DNA of 64,000 nucleotides, taken from assembly GCA_028692765.1 (NCBI GenBank), contig JAQUWT010000004.1, forward strand, positions 405 through 64,404, read 5' to 3'. Positions 1 to 7,942 of this stretch are shown in pieces; positions within the stretch are counted from its first letter, which is position 1; the number at the start of each line of letters is the position of its first letter. The DNA comes from Patescibacteria group bacterium (GTDB lineage Bacteria; Patescibacteriota; Patescibacteriia; Patescibacteriales; UBA12465). The position numbers were made by a program, and so were the translations under genes. The notes under the pieces were generated by a model, which saw only the letters and a list, made by a program, of their open reading frames with translations, had not been told where the DNA came from and did no database searches.

Positions 1-162
1 CTCCTTTCTAGGGAGTAATTGTCCTTCATCATCGATGAAACAAGACAATAGTCGATATTGTACCTTTGGTACAATAAATTATCGCAAGATAATACAACAA
101 TATTATTATCCTGAATCGATGCCGATTAGACTCAAAATTTTTATATTTCCAGTCAACTTTAC

Positions 163-190
163 AAAAAAACCGCCAATATGGCGGTTTTTT
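163..190. terminator. bidirectional intrinsic terminator hairpin
   Basis: aaaaaaACCGCCaatatGGCGGTttttt: GC stem flanked by an A-run and a T-run. Confidence 0.6.
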
Positions 191-221
191 GTGTAAAATA
201 ACAATAATTATATTTTATATA

Positions 222-250
222 TTGACAAAAATATAATATAATGACATAAT
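222..250 (+). promoter_or_regulatory. sigma70-like promoter for ORF 299..721
   Basis: TTGACA (222-227), 17-nt spacer, CATAAT (245-250). Confidence 0.4.
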
Positions 251-298
251 AAATAGTTAAAATAATAAATAGAACATTCACATTTAAATTAAAGTAAA

Positions 299-721
299 AT
301 GAAAGGGAAACTTCCACAAACAGCTGAAATGATTTTGGAAAGCAACGAAGACCAATGGTATTTGCTTGTTAATGGCCTTATAAACACCTTAAAAACATCG
401 GCAATAATACAAATAAGCTCCGAGCGCAAAGCAAGAATACAATTGGTAATACACACAGCCATACCGCCAGAAAGCTTAGATACATATGTAGAAAATATAG
501 TCGAAACAAGCCTTGAAAAATCAATATCAAGCGGAATTAACCGAATATCTGATTTTATCGCTAACAAACTAGAAAAAAATAAATGGATATTTGTTGGCGA
601 AATCATCGGGGAAAACAATATACCAATTGTGATTGTTTATTACCAGACAATAAATCTTTTTGTTTATTCTCAAAAATTAGCCAAAGAAAAAAATAAAAAA
701 TTTTTTCCAGGTCTTAATTAA
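299..721 (+). CDS. hypothetical protein (140 aa), AT-rich
   Basis: ORF lies between a promoter-like site and a terminator hairpin; no motif recognised. The antisense ORF 289..618 lacks such signals. Confidence 0.4.
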   Translation: MKGKLPQTAEMILESNEDQWYLLVNGLINTLKTSAIIQISSERKARIQLVIHTAIPPESLDTYVENIVETSLEKSISSGINRISDFIANKLEKNKWIFVGEIIGENNIPIVIVYYQTINLFVYSQKLAKEKNKKFFPGLN

Positions 722-733
722 ATAAGACAATAA

Positions 734-766
734 AAGAGAGCGCCTTAAAAACGCCCTCTTTTTTCT
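734..766. terminator. terminator hairpin between convergent ORF140 and trpS
   Basis: AGAGAGCG...CGCCCTCT stem (7 of 8 pairs) followed by TTTTTT. Confidence 0.5.
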
Positions 767-783
767 TTTTATCGTTTTATATT

Positions 784-1773
784 CTATCTCACGCCGATTA
801 CTTGCCTGATTTTTTCCATCTTGGCTCGGGCTAAAGCCGCGGCTTGCTGGCGCCCGCTCTCTAAAACCGCTTTAGCTTCCTCATCACTAATATTGTTAAA
901 TTTATTTTGGAAATCAATTAAAAACTTAGCAACTACTTCCGCTAAATCCTTCTTGAATTCGCCATAACCCTTCCCTTGATAGTCTTTTACCAAGCGCGGA
1001 ATCTGGCGATTTCCCAATTGAGAATAAATTGTCAGGAGATTAGCTAAGGCCGGACGATTGGCCGGGTCATAATCAATATCGGTGCCGGAATCGGTAACGG
1101 CTTTCATGATTTTCTTCTTGGCGACGGCGATATCATCAAGCAAAAAGATATAGCTATTGGCATTGCTGTCGCTTTTGGACATTTTTTTGCTCGGGTCGCT
1201 AAGGCTCATAATGCGCGCACCCTCCTTGCGCACAATCGCCTCCGGCACTACCAAAGAAGGTCCATATTCATTGTTAAACCTCTTGGCAATGTCCCGCGCC
1301 AGTTCAACGTGCTGTTTTTGGTCATCACCCACCGGCACCGCCTGCGTGTCATATAATAGGATATCGGCCGCCATCAAGACCGGGTAGGTAAAAAGGCCGA
1401 CAGAAACAGCGTCTTGCTTTTCGCCCGCTTTATCCTTAAATTGCGTCATCTTTTTCAAGTCGGCAATATAAGAACCGGAACAACCTAAAATCCACGCCAG
1501 TTCTGTATGTTCAGGCACGCTTGATTGCTGGAAGACAATCGATTTTTTCGGGTCGATGCCGGCGGCTAAATAAATCTTGGTAATCTCCAAAATTCTTTTC
1601 TTTAACTCCTCAGGTTGGTATTTGACGGTTATGGCGTGATAATCAACAATGGAAAAAATACAGCGATATTTATCTTGCATCTCCACCCACTGGCTGATGG
1701 CGCCGATATAATTGCCGATAGTCAAATTGCCGCTGGGCTGGACTCCGGAAAAAATGGTTTTAGGGCTATTCAT
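784..1773 (-). CDS. trpS: tryptophanyl-tRNA synthetase
   Basis: 329 aa; class I N-terminus FSGVQPSGNLTIGNYIG, KMSKS motif (KKMSKSD), TrpRS length and layout. Confidence 0.95.
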   Translation of the reverse strand: MNSPKTIFSGVQPSGNLTIGNYIGAISQWVEMQDKYRCIFSIVDYHAITVKYQPEELKKRILEITKIYLAAGIDPKKSIVFQQSSVPEHTELAWILGCSGSYIADLKKMTQFKDKAGEKQDAVSVGLFTYPVLMAADILLYDTQAVPVGDDQKQHVELARDIAKRFNNEYGPSLVVPEAIVRKEGARIMSLSDPSKKMSKSDSNANSYIFLLDDIAVAKKKIMKAVTDSGTDIDYDPANRPALANLLTIYSQLGNRQIPRLVKDYQGKGYGEFKKDLAEVVAKFLIDFQNKFNNISDEEAKAVLESGRQQAAALARAKMEKIRQVIGVR

Positions 1774-1799
1774 ATAGTTATAACTTATATATTGATATT

Positions 1800-3026
1800 T
1801 TACTTTAATCTCCCTTCAAAAGCAATTTCCGGAAATTCTTGAGCAACAAAATCAATATCCTTATCACCTCGTCCGGAAACATTAACAATAATGGCTTGCT
1901 CTTTGTCCAGCGTCGGCGCCAAACGATAGGCGTGCGCCAGGGCATGGGAGCTTTCCAAGGCGGGGACAATGCCTTCGCGCCGGCTAGTCTTCACAAAGGC
2001 CGCTGCCGCCTCCTTGTCATCCGCGCTCACATATTCTACCCGTCCCATTTCTTTCAGATAAGCGTGGAAGGGGCCGATACCGGGATAGTCAAGGCCGGAA
2101 GCAATTGAGTGGACCGGAGAAGGACTGCCGTCTTCTTCTTGTAAAACATAGGTCTGCATGCCGTGAATTGCGCCGGCTTTGCCTAGAGTCAAGGTAGCAG
2201 CGTGCCGACCGCTTTCTAAGCCCTTGCCACTTGGTTCAACCCCAATTAAACGAACATTTTCTTCGTCGAGAAAATCATAGAAAATTCCTAAAGCATTAGA
2301 GCCTCCACCCACACAAGCAACCAGGGCATCGGGCAAGCGATGTAATTTTTCCTGAATTTGTTGCCGCACTTCTCTGCCGATAATACTTTGAAAATAAGCG
2401 ACCATCTCCGGATAGGGATGCGGACCGACCACCGAACCGATGGCAAAAAAAGTATCCTGATATTCCTGCATATAAACACCGAAAGCACTATCAACCGCTT
2501 CTTTTAATGAGCGGCCACCGACTTTAACCGGCACCACCTTCGCTCCTAATAGCTTCATCCGCTTGACATTATCCGCTTGCTTGGCGATGTCTATTTCGCC
2601 CATATGAATTTCACAATCTAGTCCGACTACAGCCGCCGCGGTCGCTAAAGCGACGCCATGCTGGCCGGCGCCGGTTTCGGACATCACTTTCTTCTTGCCT
2701 AGGCGCTTGGCTAATAAAGCCTCACCTAAACAATGATTAATTTTATGCGCGCCGGTATGGTTTAAATCTTCACGCTTGAAATATATCTGCGCCCCTCCCA
2801 ACTCTTCGCTTAAATTCCTCGCATAATATAAAGGCGAAGGACGGCCGACAAAATCATTTAACAGACGTCGATATTCTTCTTGAAAACCAATATCATCTTT
2901 TATTTCCCGGAAAGCAATCTCGACCTCTTGCAAAGCTTTTTCTAAGAGCGGCGGCACCAAACGGCCGCCAAAGGCGCCATAATAGCCATTTTTATCGGGC
3001 AAATTCGTATATTTAACATTATCCAT
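1800..3026 (-). CDS. trpB: tryptophan synthase beta chain, stand-alone
   Basis: 408 aa; PLP-lysine motif HTGAHKIN, ETGAGQHG, GGGSNALG loop; no trpA next to it. Confidence 0.93.
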   Translation of the reverse strand: MDNVKYTNLPDKNGYYGAFGGRLVPPLLEKALQEVEIAFREIKDDIGFQEEYRRLLNDFVGRPSPLYYARNLSEELGGAQIYFKREDLNHTGAHKINHCLGEALLAKRLGKKKVMSETGAGQHGVALATAAAVVGLDCEIHMGEIDIAKQADNVKRMKLLGAKVVPVKVGGRSLKEAVDSAFGVYMQEYQDTFFAIGSVVGPHPYPEMVAYFQSIIGREVRQQIQEKLHRLPDALVACVGGGSNALGIFYDFLDEENVRLIGVEPSGKGLESGRHAATLTLGKAGAIHGMQTYVLQEEDGSPSPVHSIASGLDYPGIGPFHAYLKEMGRVEYVSADDKEAAAAFVKTSRREGIVPALESSHALAHAYRLAPTLDKEQAIIVNVSGRGDKDIDFVAQEFPEIAFEGRLK

Positions 3027-3125
3027 ATATTTATAATTTAATTAATAAAAAATCTCCGCGTCAGAAGCGGCGCCAATATTCCGAAGAACGATTATAGAAT
3101 AAATAAAATTTCATACTATGTTTAG

Positions 3126-3395
3126 GCAAACAAAAAACCCGTCTTCGCCGCCAAATAAAATATTTAGCAGAAAGGACGGGTTCTCCCGCGGTGCCACCTT
3201 TCTTGCTCGTTGTAACAACGAGCCTCTTTAGCGCCTCCGCTTCTAACAGCGACAACGCCTATCCCTTGGTTACGGAGGATGCCGGGAAACCACTAACGCA
3301 GTTTCCGTTTTCGGCCTATATAACGGCCGTATCTGCGCCCAATCCCGAGATTATCCCGGGACGCAAACTTGAACTTTAAAAGTGTGTAAAGAATT
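3126..3395 (-). promoter_or_regulatory. T-box leader (tRNA-sensing transcription attenuator) upstream of trpB-trpS
   Basis: Minus strand reads AAAGGUGGCACCGCGGGAGAACCCGUCC (T-box core GGUGGCACCGCG = reverse complement of 3187-3198). It overlaps the terminator CCCGUC(3175-3180)...GACGGG(3138-3143) plus UUUUUU(3132-3137). Confidence 0.75.
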
Positions 3396-3401
3396 AATGA
3401 C

Positions 3402-3430
3402 AATATAGCAGAAGGAAAGTTAAAAGTCAA
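3402..3430 (-). promoter_or_regulatory. promoter of the T-box leader
   Basis: minus strand TTGACT (3425-3430), 17 nt, TATATT (3402-3407). Confidence 0.55.
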
Positions 3431-3431
3431 A

Positions 3432-3460
3432 GAAAAAAGCTTGCCATCAAGACAAGCTTT
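3432..3460 (-). terminator. terminator after tRNA-Lys
   Basis: AAGCTTG...CAAGCTT stem (3437-3443 / 3453-3459) with a U-run on the minus strand (plus-strand A-run 3433-3438). Confidence 0.55.
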
Positions 3461-3484
3461 AAAAAATTTGCTCAAAGAGCAAAG

Positions 3485-3557
3485 TGAGGAGAACGGGGAT
3501 CGAACCCGCAACCAAATGATTAAAAGTCATCCGCTCTGCCGATTGAGCTATCTCCTC
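3485..3557 (-). tRNA. tRNA-Lys: tRNA-Lys (anticodon UUU)
   Basis: Cloverleaf by eye: acceptor GAGGAGA/TCTCCTC, anticodon loop CTTTTAA, T-loop TTCGATC; no encoded CCA. Confidence 0.9.
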
Positions 3558-3606
3558 TTGCAAAGAACTGCGCTTATATTATAAAAGAAAATAAATCTGT
3601 CAAGAT

Positions 3607-3635
3607 TTGACTTATCTTAGAAATATCCTTACACT
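3607..3635 (+). promoter_or_regulatory. promoter of the tRNA Pro-Ala-Pro cluster
   Basis: TTGACT (3607-3612), 17 nt, TACACT (3630-3635), 16 nt before tRNA-Pro. Confidence 0.45.
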
Positions 3636-3651
3636 ATTGCTATCGTGTTTT

Positions 3652-3725
3652 CGGGGTGTAGTATAACGGTAGTACGCATGCATGGGGTGCATGTAGCCCG
3701 GGTTCAATTCCCGGCACCCCGACCA
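3652..3725 (+). tRNA. tRNA-Pro: tRNA-Pro (anticodon GGG), CCA encoded
   Basis: acceptor CGGGGTG/CACCCCG, anticodon stem CATGC/GCATG with loop ATGGGGT, T-arm CCGGG-TTCAATT-CCCGG, terminal ACCA. Confidence 0.88.
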
Positions 3726-3796
3726 AAAAAATATAGTAAAAATGAGCCTGCCATTCTGATGGCTCATATCTGTTTCCGAACTCATTTACATCGGCA

Positions 3797-3872
3797 GGGC
3801 TTGTAGCTCATCTGGTAGAGCGCTGCATTCGCATTGCAGAGGTAAGGGGTTCGAGTCCCCTCAAGTCCACCA
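3797..3872 (+). tRNA. tRNA-Ala: tRNA-Ala (anticodon CGC), CCA encoded
   Basis: acceptor GGGCTTG/CAAGTCC with the G3:U70 Ala identity pair, anticodon loop TTCGCAT, T-loop TTCGAGT. Confidence 0.92.
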
Positions 3873-3877
3873 AACCA

Positions 3878-3949
3878 CGGGCTGTGGTATAAAGGCTATT
3901 ATACACGCTTCGGGTGCGTGTGATCCCGGTTCAATTCCGGGCAGCCCGA
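3878..3949 (+). tRNA. tRNA-Pro: tRNA-Pro (anticodon CGG)
   Basis: acceptor CGGGCTG/CAGCCCG, anticodon stem CACGC/GCGTG with loop TTCGGGT, T-arm CCCGG-TTCAATT-CCGGG; D-arm somewhat irregular. Confidence 0.8.
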
Positions 3950-3954
3950 CAAAA

Positions 3955-3983
3955 TAAAAAAACGCTCAAAAAGCGTTTTTTTA
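3955..3983 (+). terminator. terminator after the tRNA cluster
   Basis: AACGCT-caaaa-AGCGTT followed by TTTTTT. Confidence 0.65.
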
Positions 3984-4030
3984 TACATTTGCTAAAAACT
4001 TTAAATATCATTATAATACAAAAGTAAAAA

Positions 4031-5596
4031 ATGACTTGCGTTCAAGGCCTGATGGTCGTTGGATTTTTTATATTTATGATAGATTTTAAGCAAAAATTAG
4101 AAGAAAAAGACCCTGAAAGCCGCAACCTACATCAAGCCGAAGAGGAAGAAAAGTTTATTAACGATTTAAAGAAAAACCGTAAAGCTAAAAACTACTTTAT
4201 CGCCATAATCGTATTGGCTTTGATATTCTCGGGCAAAGTGATTATGTCCAGCCAAGGAGCCGGACAATGGCTAGCTAATAATACTTTCTGGGGACGGGTT
4301 ACCCATCTGACCGAAAGCGGCGACAAGGAATTAATCGGCGAAGATAATGACCGCGTCAATATTCTGCTTTTGGGAATGGGCGGAGCTAACCATGACGGCG
4401 GCTATCTGGCTGATACCATTATGCTCGTCAGCCTGCGGCCCTCCACCAAACAAGCGGCCCTGCTCTCAATCCCCCGTGATTTGACGGCGCCGACAGACAG
4501 CGGCGTCTGGCGCAAGGTTAATTCCATTAATGCTTTAGCGGAGGCCAAAGAAGAGGGCAGCGGCGGTCCGGCCATGACTAAGTCCTTAAGTTCCATACTT
4601 GGCACCAGCATCAATTACTATGTCAGCATTGACTTTGACGGCTTTGTAAATATTATCGACGAACTGGGGGGTGTGGATGTCAATATTGAAAATACCTTTG
4701 ATGACTATAGCTATCCCATTCGCGGAGAAGAAGATAATCCCGATTATTACGCCCGCTTTGAACACTTGCATTTTGACCAAGGCTGGCAGCACCTGGACGG
4801 ATCATTGGCTCTAAAATACGCCCGCAGCCGACACGCCAGCGGTCTTGAAGGTTCTGATTTTGCCCGCGCCAAAAGACAGCAATTGATTTTAGAAGCAGTA
4901 AAAACAAAGCTATTGTCGCGCAACACTTTATTAAAACCGGCGATGTTAAGCCGCATTATTTCCGAATTGAACCGCAATATCAAAACCAATCTTGATGTTT
5001 GGGCTTTAATAAAATTATGGAACGACTATAAGGATATTGACCGCAGCCAAATTAGTAACAAAGTTTTAAATGACGGCCCCGATGGCATGCTGGTCGCTAG
5101 TCGCGGCGAAGACGGTGCCTATATTCTTATACCGCAAACCGGAAATTTTAAAGTAATACAAAATTTTGTCCAAAATATATTCGGCGAAAATACCGATACT
5201 GCCGTTAAAAATAACCAAGCAGATACTAAAACTACCGCATACCTAGAGCCGGAAAACTCCACCACCAGCAATCCTATTGCCATCGGCAAAGTTCAAGGTG
5301 AAGCGAAAGTAGCGGTTCTTAACGGCACTTGGATTAGCGGATTGGCCGCGAAGACGGCTGTTAATCTACAAAACTACGGCTTTAAAGTCAACGAAACCGC
5401 CAATGCGCCCACCAGAGAATATGAAGACTCCATCATTTATGATTTAAGCTACGGTCAGAAATTACAAAATTTAGAAATACTCCAAGCCGCCGGACAGGCA
5501 ACTTTAGCCTATGACGCCCCTTCTTGGCTGGAAACATATAAAAATAGTCCTGATAAACCGGATTTTATTCTGATAATCGGCGCTAAACAACAATAA
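4031..5596 (+). CDS. LytR-CpsA-Psr (LCP) family cell-envelope phosphotransferase
   Basis: 521 aa; N-terminal TM, LCP core LLLGMGG...ADTIMLVSL...SIPRDL, C-terminal LytR_C-like region; the true start may be an internal ATG. Confidence 0.85.
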   Translation: MTCVQGLMVVGFFIFMIDFKQKLEEKDPESRNLHQAEEEEKFINDLKKNRKAKNYFIAIIVLALIFSGKVIMSSQGAGQWLANNTFWGRVTHLTESGDKELIGEDNDRVNILLLGMGGANHDGGYLADTIMLVSLRPSTKQAALLSIPRDLTAPTDSGVWRKVNSINALAEAKEEGSGGPAMTKSLSSILGTSINYYVSIDFDGFVNIIDELGGVDVNIENTFDDYSYPIRGEEDNPDYYARFEHLHFDQGWQHLDGSLALKYARSRHASGLEGSDFARAKRQQLILEAVKTKLLSRNTLLKPAMLSRIISELNRNIKTNLDVWALIKLWNDYKDIDRSQISNKVLNDGPDGMLVASRGEDGAYILIPQTGNFKVIQNFVQNIFGENTDTAVKNNQADTKTTAYLEPENSTTSNPIAIGKVQGEAKVAVLNGTWISGLAAKTAVNLQNYGFKVNETANAPTREYEDSIIYDLSYGQKLQNLEILQAAGQATLAYDAPSWLETYKNSPDKPDFILIIGAKQQ

Positions 5597-5597
5597 G

Positions 5598-6989
5598 ATG
5601 ATAGCAAAAAACGAAAAACTACCTTTAGTGGCTATTTGCGGACGCACTAACGTCGGCAAATCAACGCTTTTCAACCGTCTGATAGAAAGACGGCAAGCTT
5701 TAGTTTCCGATATTGAAGGAACCACGCGCGACTGCAATCTCGGCTTAGTCCACTGGAATCGGAAAGTTTTTCGTTTAGTCGATACGGCTGGCCTGCTTGA
5801 TGCTGGCTTTATTTCCGGCAAGAAAAAAATTGGCGGCGACATCGACTCCTTAGCCCAGCGGCAGGCTTTAGACTATCTTCAAGAAGCAAAATTGTTGTTA
5901 TTCGTAGCGGATGGCAAAGCCGGCTTGCTGACTGAAGACCGATTGCTGGCCAAGGCTCTCCGCCAAAACCCTCTCTACTCTGCTAAAACTATCCTGGTGG
6001 TCAATAAAATTGACAGCGGTAAATGGCGAGCGGAAGCGGCCTCTTTTAATAAGCTGGGGCTGGGCGAGCCCACGACGATTTCCGCCCAAACAGGCGCCGG
6101 CACCGGCGACCTTTTAGATATTGTATTGGAAAAAATAGAAGCGGCTAAAGACCTAAACGAAGAAGATGAACAAGAAATCGCCGCGAAATTATGTATTGTA
6201 GGCAAGCCTAACGTGGGCAAATCCTCATTATTAAATGCGCTTTTAGGCTATAACCGCGTTATTGTCAGCGACCAGCCACACACCACCAGGGAATCGCAAG
6301 ATACTGAGTTAATTCATAAAGATAAATTAATACGCCTCATTGATACCGCCGGCATCTCCCGCCACGGGCATAAAAGTAAGGGCTTGGAAAAAGAAGGCAT
6401 CGCCATGTCTCTGCAATCCCTGCAAAGAGCCGATATCGCGCTGTTGGTGCTAGATATCAGCGAAGAACTAACCCATCAGGACGCTAAAATGGTGGAAGAA
6501 ATTGTAGAGCGTCAAAAAAGCTTAATTATTATTGCCAATAAATGGGATAAGGTCGAAGAAAAAAATCAGAAGCATTGGCAAGAAAAAATCTTCGGCAAAC
6601 TGCCTTTCGCCGCTTGGGCGCCCTTGCTTTTTGTCTCTGCCAAAACCGGAGCTAAAGTCAATAAAATTTTAGACATTGCCCTAGAAGTAGCCGCCGCCCG
6701 CAAAACCGAAATCAGTGAAACTCAGCTTAAAAAATTCCTAAGCCGCGTCGTCAAAGTGCACTTGCCCGCTAAGGGTAAGGGACTTAAAGCCCCGCATATC
6801 TACGAAATCGCGCAAAAAAGACACAATCCGCCCTCTTTTACCGTCAGAATCGGCTCCCGAGACGACCTCCATTTTTCCTATGTACGCTTTTTGGAAAACC
6901 GGCTCCGGGAACAATATGATTTTATCGGCACCCCAGTCAGGATGAGCGTCATTAAAAACAAGAAAAAACACGGCGTTCGCGAAGCCTAA
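5598..6989 (+). CDS. der: ribosome-associated GTPase Der/EngA
   Basis: 463 aa; two tandem GTPase domains (GRTNVGKST, GKPNVGKSS) plus a KH-like C-terminus. Confidence 0.93.
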   Translation: MIAKNEKLPLVAICGRTNVGKSTLFNRLIERRQALVSDIEGTTRDCNLGLVHWNRKVFRLVDTAGLLDAGFISGKKKIGGDIDSLAQRQALDYLQEAKLLLFVADGKAGLLTEDRLLAKALRQNPLYSAKTILVVNKIDSGKWRAEAASFNKLGLGEPTTISAQTGAGTGDLLDIVLEKIEAAKDLNEEDEQEIAAKLCIVGKPNVGKSSLLNALLGYNRVIVSDQPHTTRESQDTELIHKDKLIRLIDTAGISRHGHKSKGLEKEGIAMSLQSLQRADIALLVLDISEELTHQDAKMVEEIVERQKSLIIIANKWDKVEEKNQKHWQEKIFGKLPFAAWAPLLFVSAKTGAKVNKILDIALEVAAARKTEISETQLKKFLSRVVKVHLPAKGKGLKAPHIYEIAQKRHNPPSFTVRIGSRDDLHFSYVRFLENRLREQYDFIGTPVRMSVIKNKKKHGVREA

Positions 6990-7003
6990 ACGAATAACCG
7001 CCA

Positions 7004-7624
7004 TTGGCGGTTATTTTTATTTTATCGTCATTTCAAATAAAATGCGTTATAATGAAAAAGAATAATATGAAAATAATTATCGGACTAGGAAACCCCGGAG
7101 ACAAATATGCTCTCAGCCGACACAATGCCGGCTGGCTGGCCTTGGATATGCTTGCCGGTGCCGACGGCTGGCGCGCGGAAAAAAAATTTAACGCCTTAAT
7201 CAAAGAAACGGGAGGCGATATTTATTTAAAGCCGCTGACTTTCATGAATAAGTCCGGAGAAAGCGCTTACAAATCCCTGCGCTATTATCATCTTCTGGAA
7301 AAACAATTTGGCTGCCTCACTAAAAAAAATCAAGATTTGCGCGATTGCCTCATAGTTATCCAGGATGATCTGGACCTTGATTTGGGTAAATGGAAAATCA
7401 GCGATGATTCCCGCAGCGGCGGTAATAAAGGCATACAGTCAATTATAAACCACTTAAAAACGCAACGCTTTATCCGCCTGCGCCTAGGCATAAAAAATGG
7501 AGAACTGCGCCGCCTTATCCCTCCGGAAAAATTTGTCTTGCAGAAATTCGGAGCCGAAGAAATGCCAATTTTACAAGACAGTATCAAAAACGGCTTAACG
7601 GCGCTCCAATCATATATAAAATAA
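7004..7624 (+). CDS. pth: peptidyl-tRNA hydrolase
   Basis: IIGLGNPGDKYALSRHNAGW motif; ATG at 7052 or 7067 is a more plausible start than 7004. Confidence 0.9.
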   Translation: MAVIFILSSFQIKCVIMKKNNMKIIIGLGNPGDKYALSRHNAGWLALDMLAGADGWRAEKKFNALIKETGGDIYLKPLTFMNKSGESAYKSLRYYHLLEKQFGCLTKKNQDLRDCLIVIQDDLDLDLGKWKISDDSRSGGNKGIQSIINHLKTQRFIRLRLGIKNGELRRLIPPEKFVLQKFGAEEMPILQDSIKNGLTALQSYIK

Positions 7625-7735
7625 ATAAAAAGCCCCCTTGACTGCTTATACAAAAAGCTTAGAAAGCATTCACCGCTAGGAGGAAAGCGGATAAACACTA
7701 AAAACTTTTGTACAAGCAATCAAGGGGATTTTAAC
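7622..7735 (-). ncRNA. candidate about 110-nt structured sRNA (unassigned family)
   Basis: 22-bp stem (7634-7655 with 7706-7727). Its two non-Watson-Crick positions are G-U only on the minus strand (C-A on plus). Inner hairpin loop reads UUCCUCCU; GGGGGC plus a U-run follows on the minus strand. Confidence 0.4.
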
Positions 7736-7740
7736 ATTTC

Positions 7741-7769
7741 AGCTTAAACTAAAAAAAGCTTTATGTCAA
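7741..7769 (-). promoter_or_regulatory. promoter of the candidate sRNA
   Basis: minus strand TTGACA (7764-7769), 17 nt, TAAGCT (7741-7746). Confidence 0.4.
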
Positions 7770-7942
7770 GCTATGGCGGAGAACATTTTAACTCCAAATA
7801 TCTCTGAATTAAAGATTAAACCCAACTTGACACCTCCTCAATAAATAGTACACTGAGTATATTAGTAATATAAATTGAAATTGGCGCTATCTATATTTTT
7901 AGCAGTTTTTGTCTATAAACAGCCAATAAATAATAATAAAAA

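Noticed and set aside
289-618. 109-aa minus-strand ORF overlapping ORF 299..721
   Set aside because: The promoter-like site and terminator are arranged for the plus-strand ORF. Neither ORF has a recognisable motif, so only the plus ORF is listed, at low confidence.
3061-3511. Small ORFs 3061..3255(-), 3191..3379(+), 3293..3511(-)
   Set aside because: They lie inside the T-box leader and overlap tRNA-Lys and its terminator, so RNA elements explain the region better.
7330-7719. 129-aa minus-strand ORF
   Set aside because: It is antisense to pth and runs through the structured intergenic hairpin, with no RBS or motif.
7622-7735. Possible SRP (4.5S) RNA identity for the long hairpin
   Set aside because: I looked for the conserved domain IV signature (GNRA/GGAA tetraloop flanked by AGG...GGAAGCAGC-type loops). 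It is absent, and the apex holds two small unrelated hairpins.
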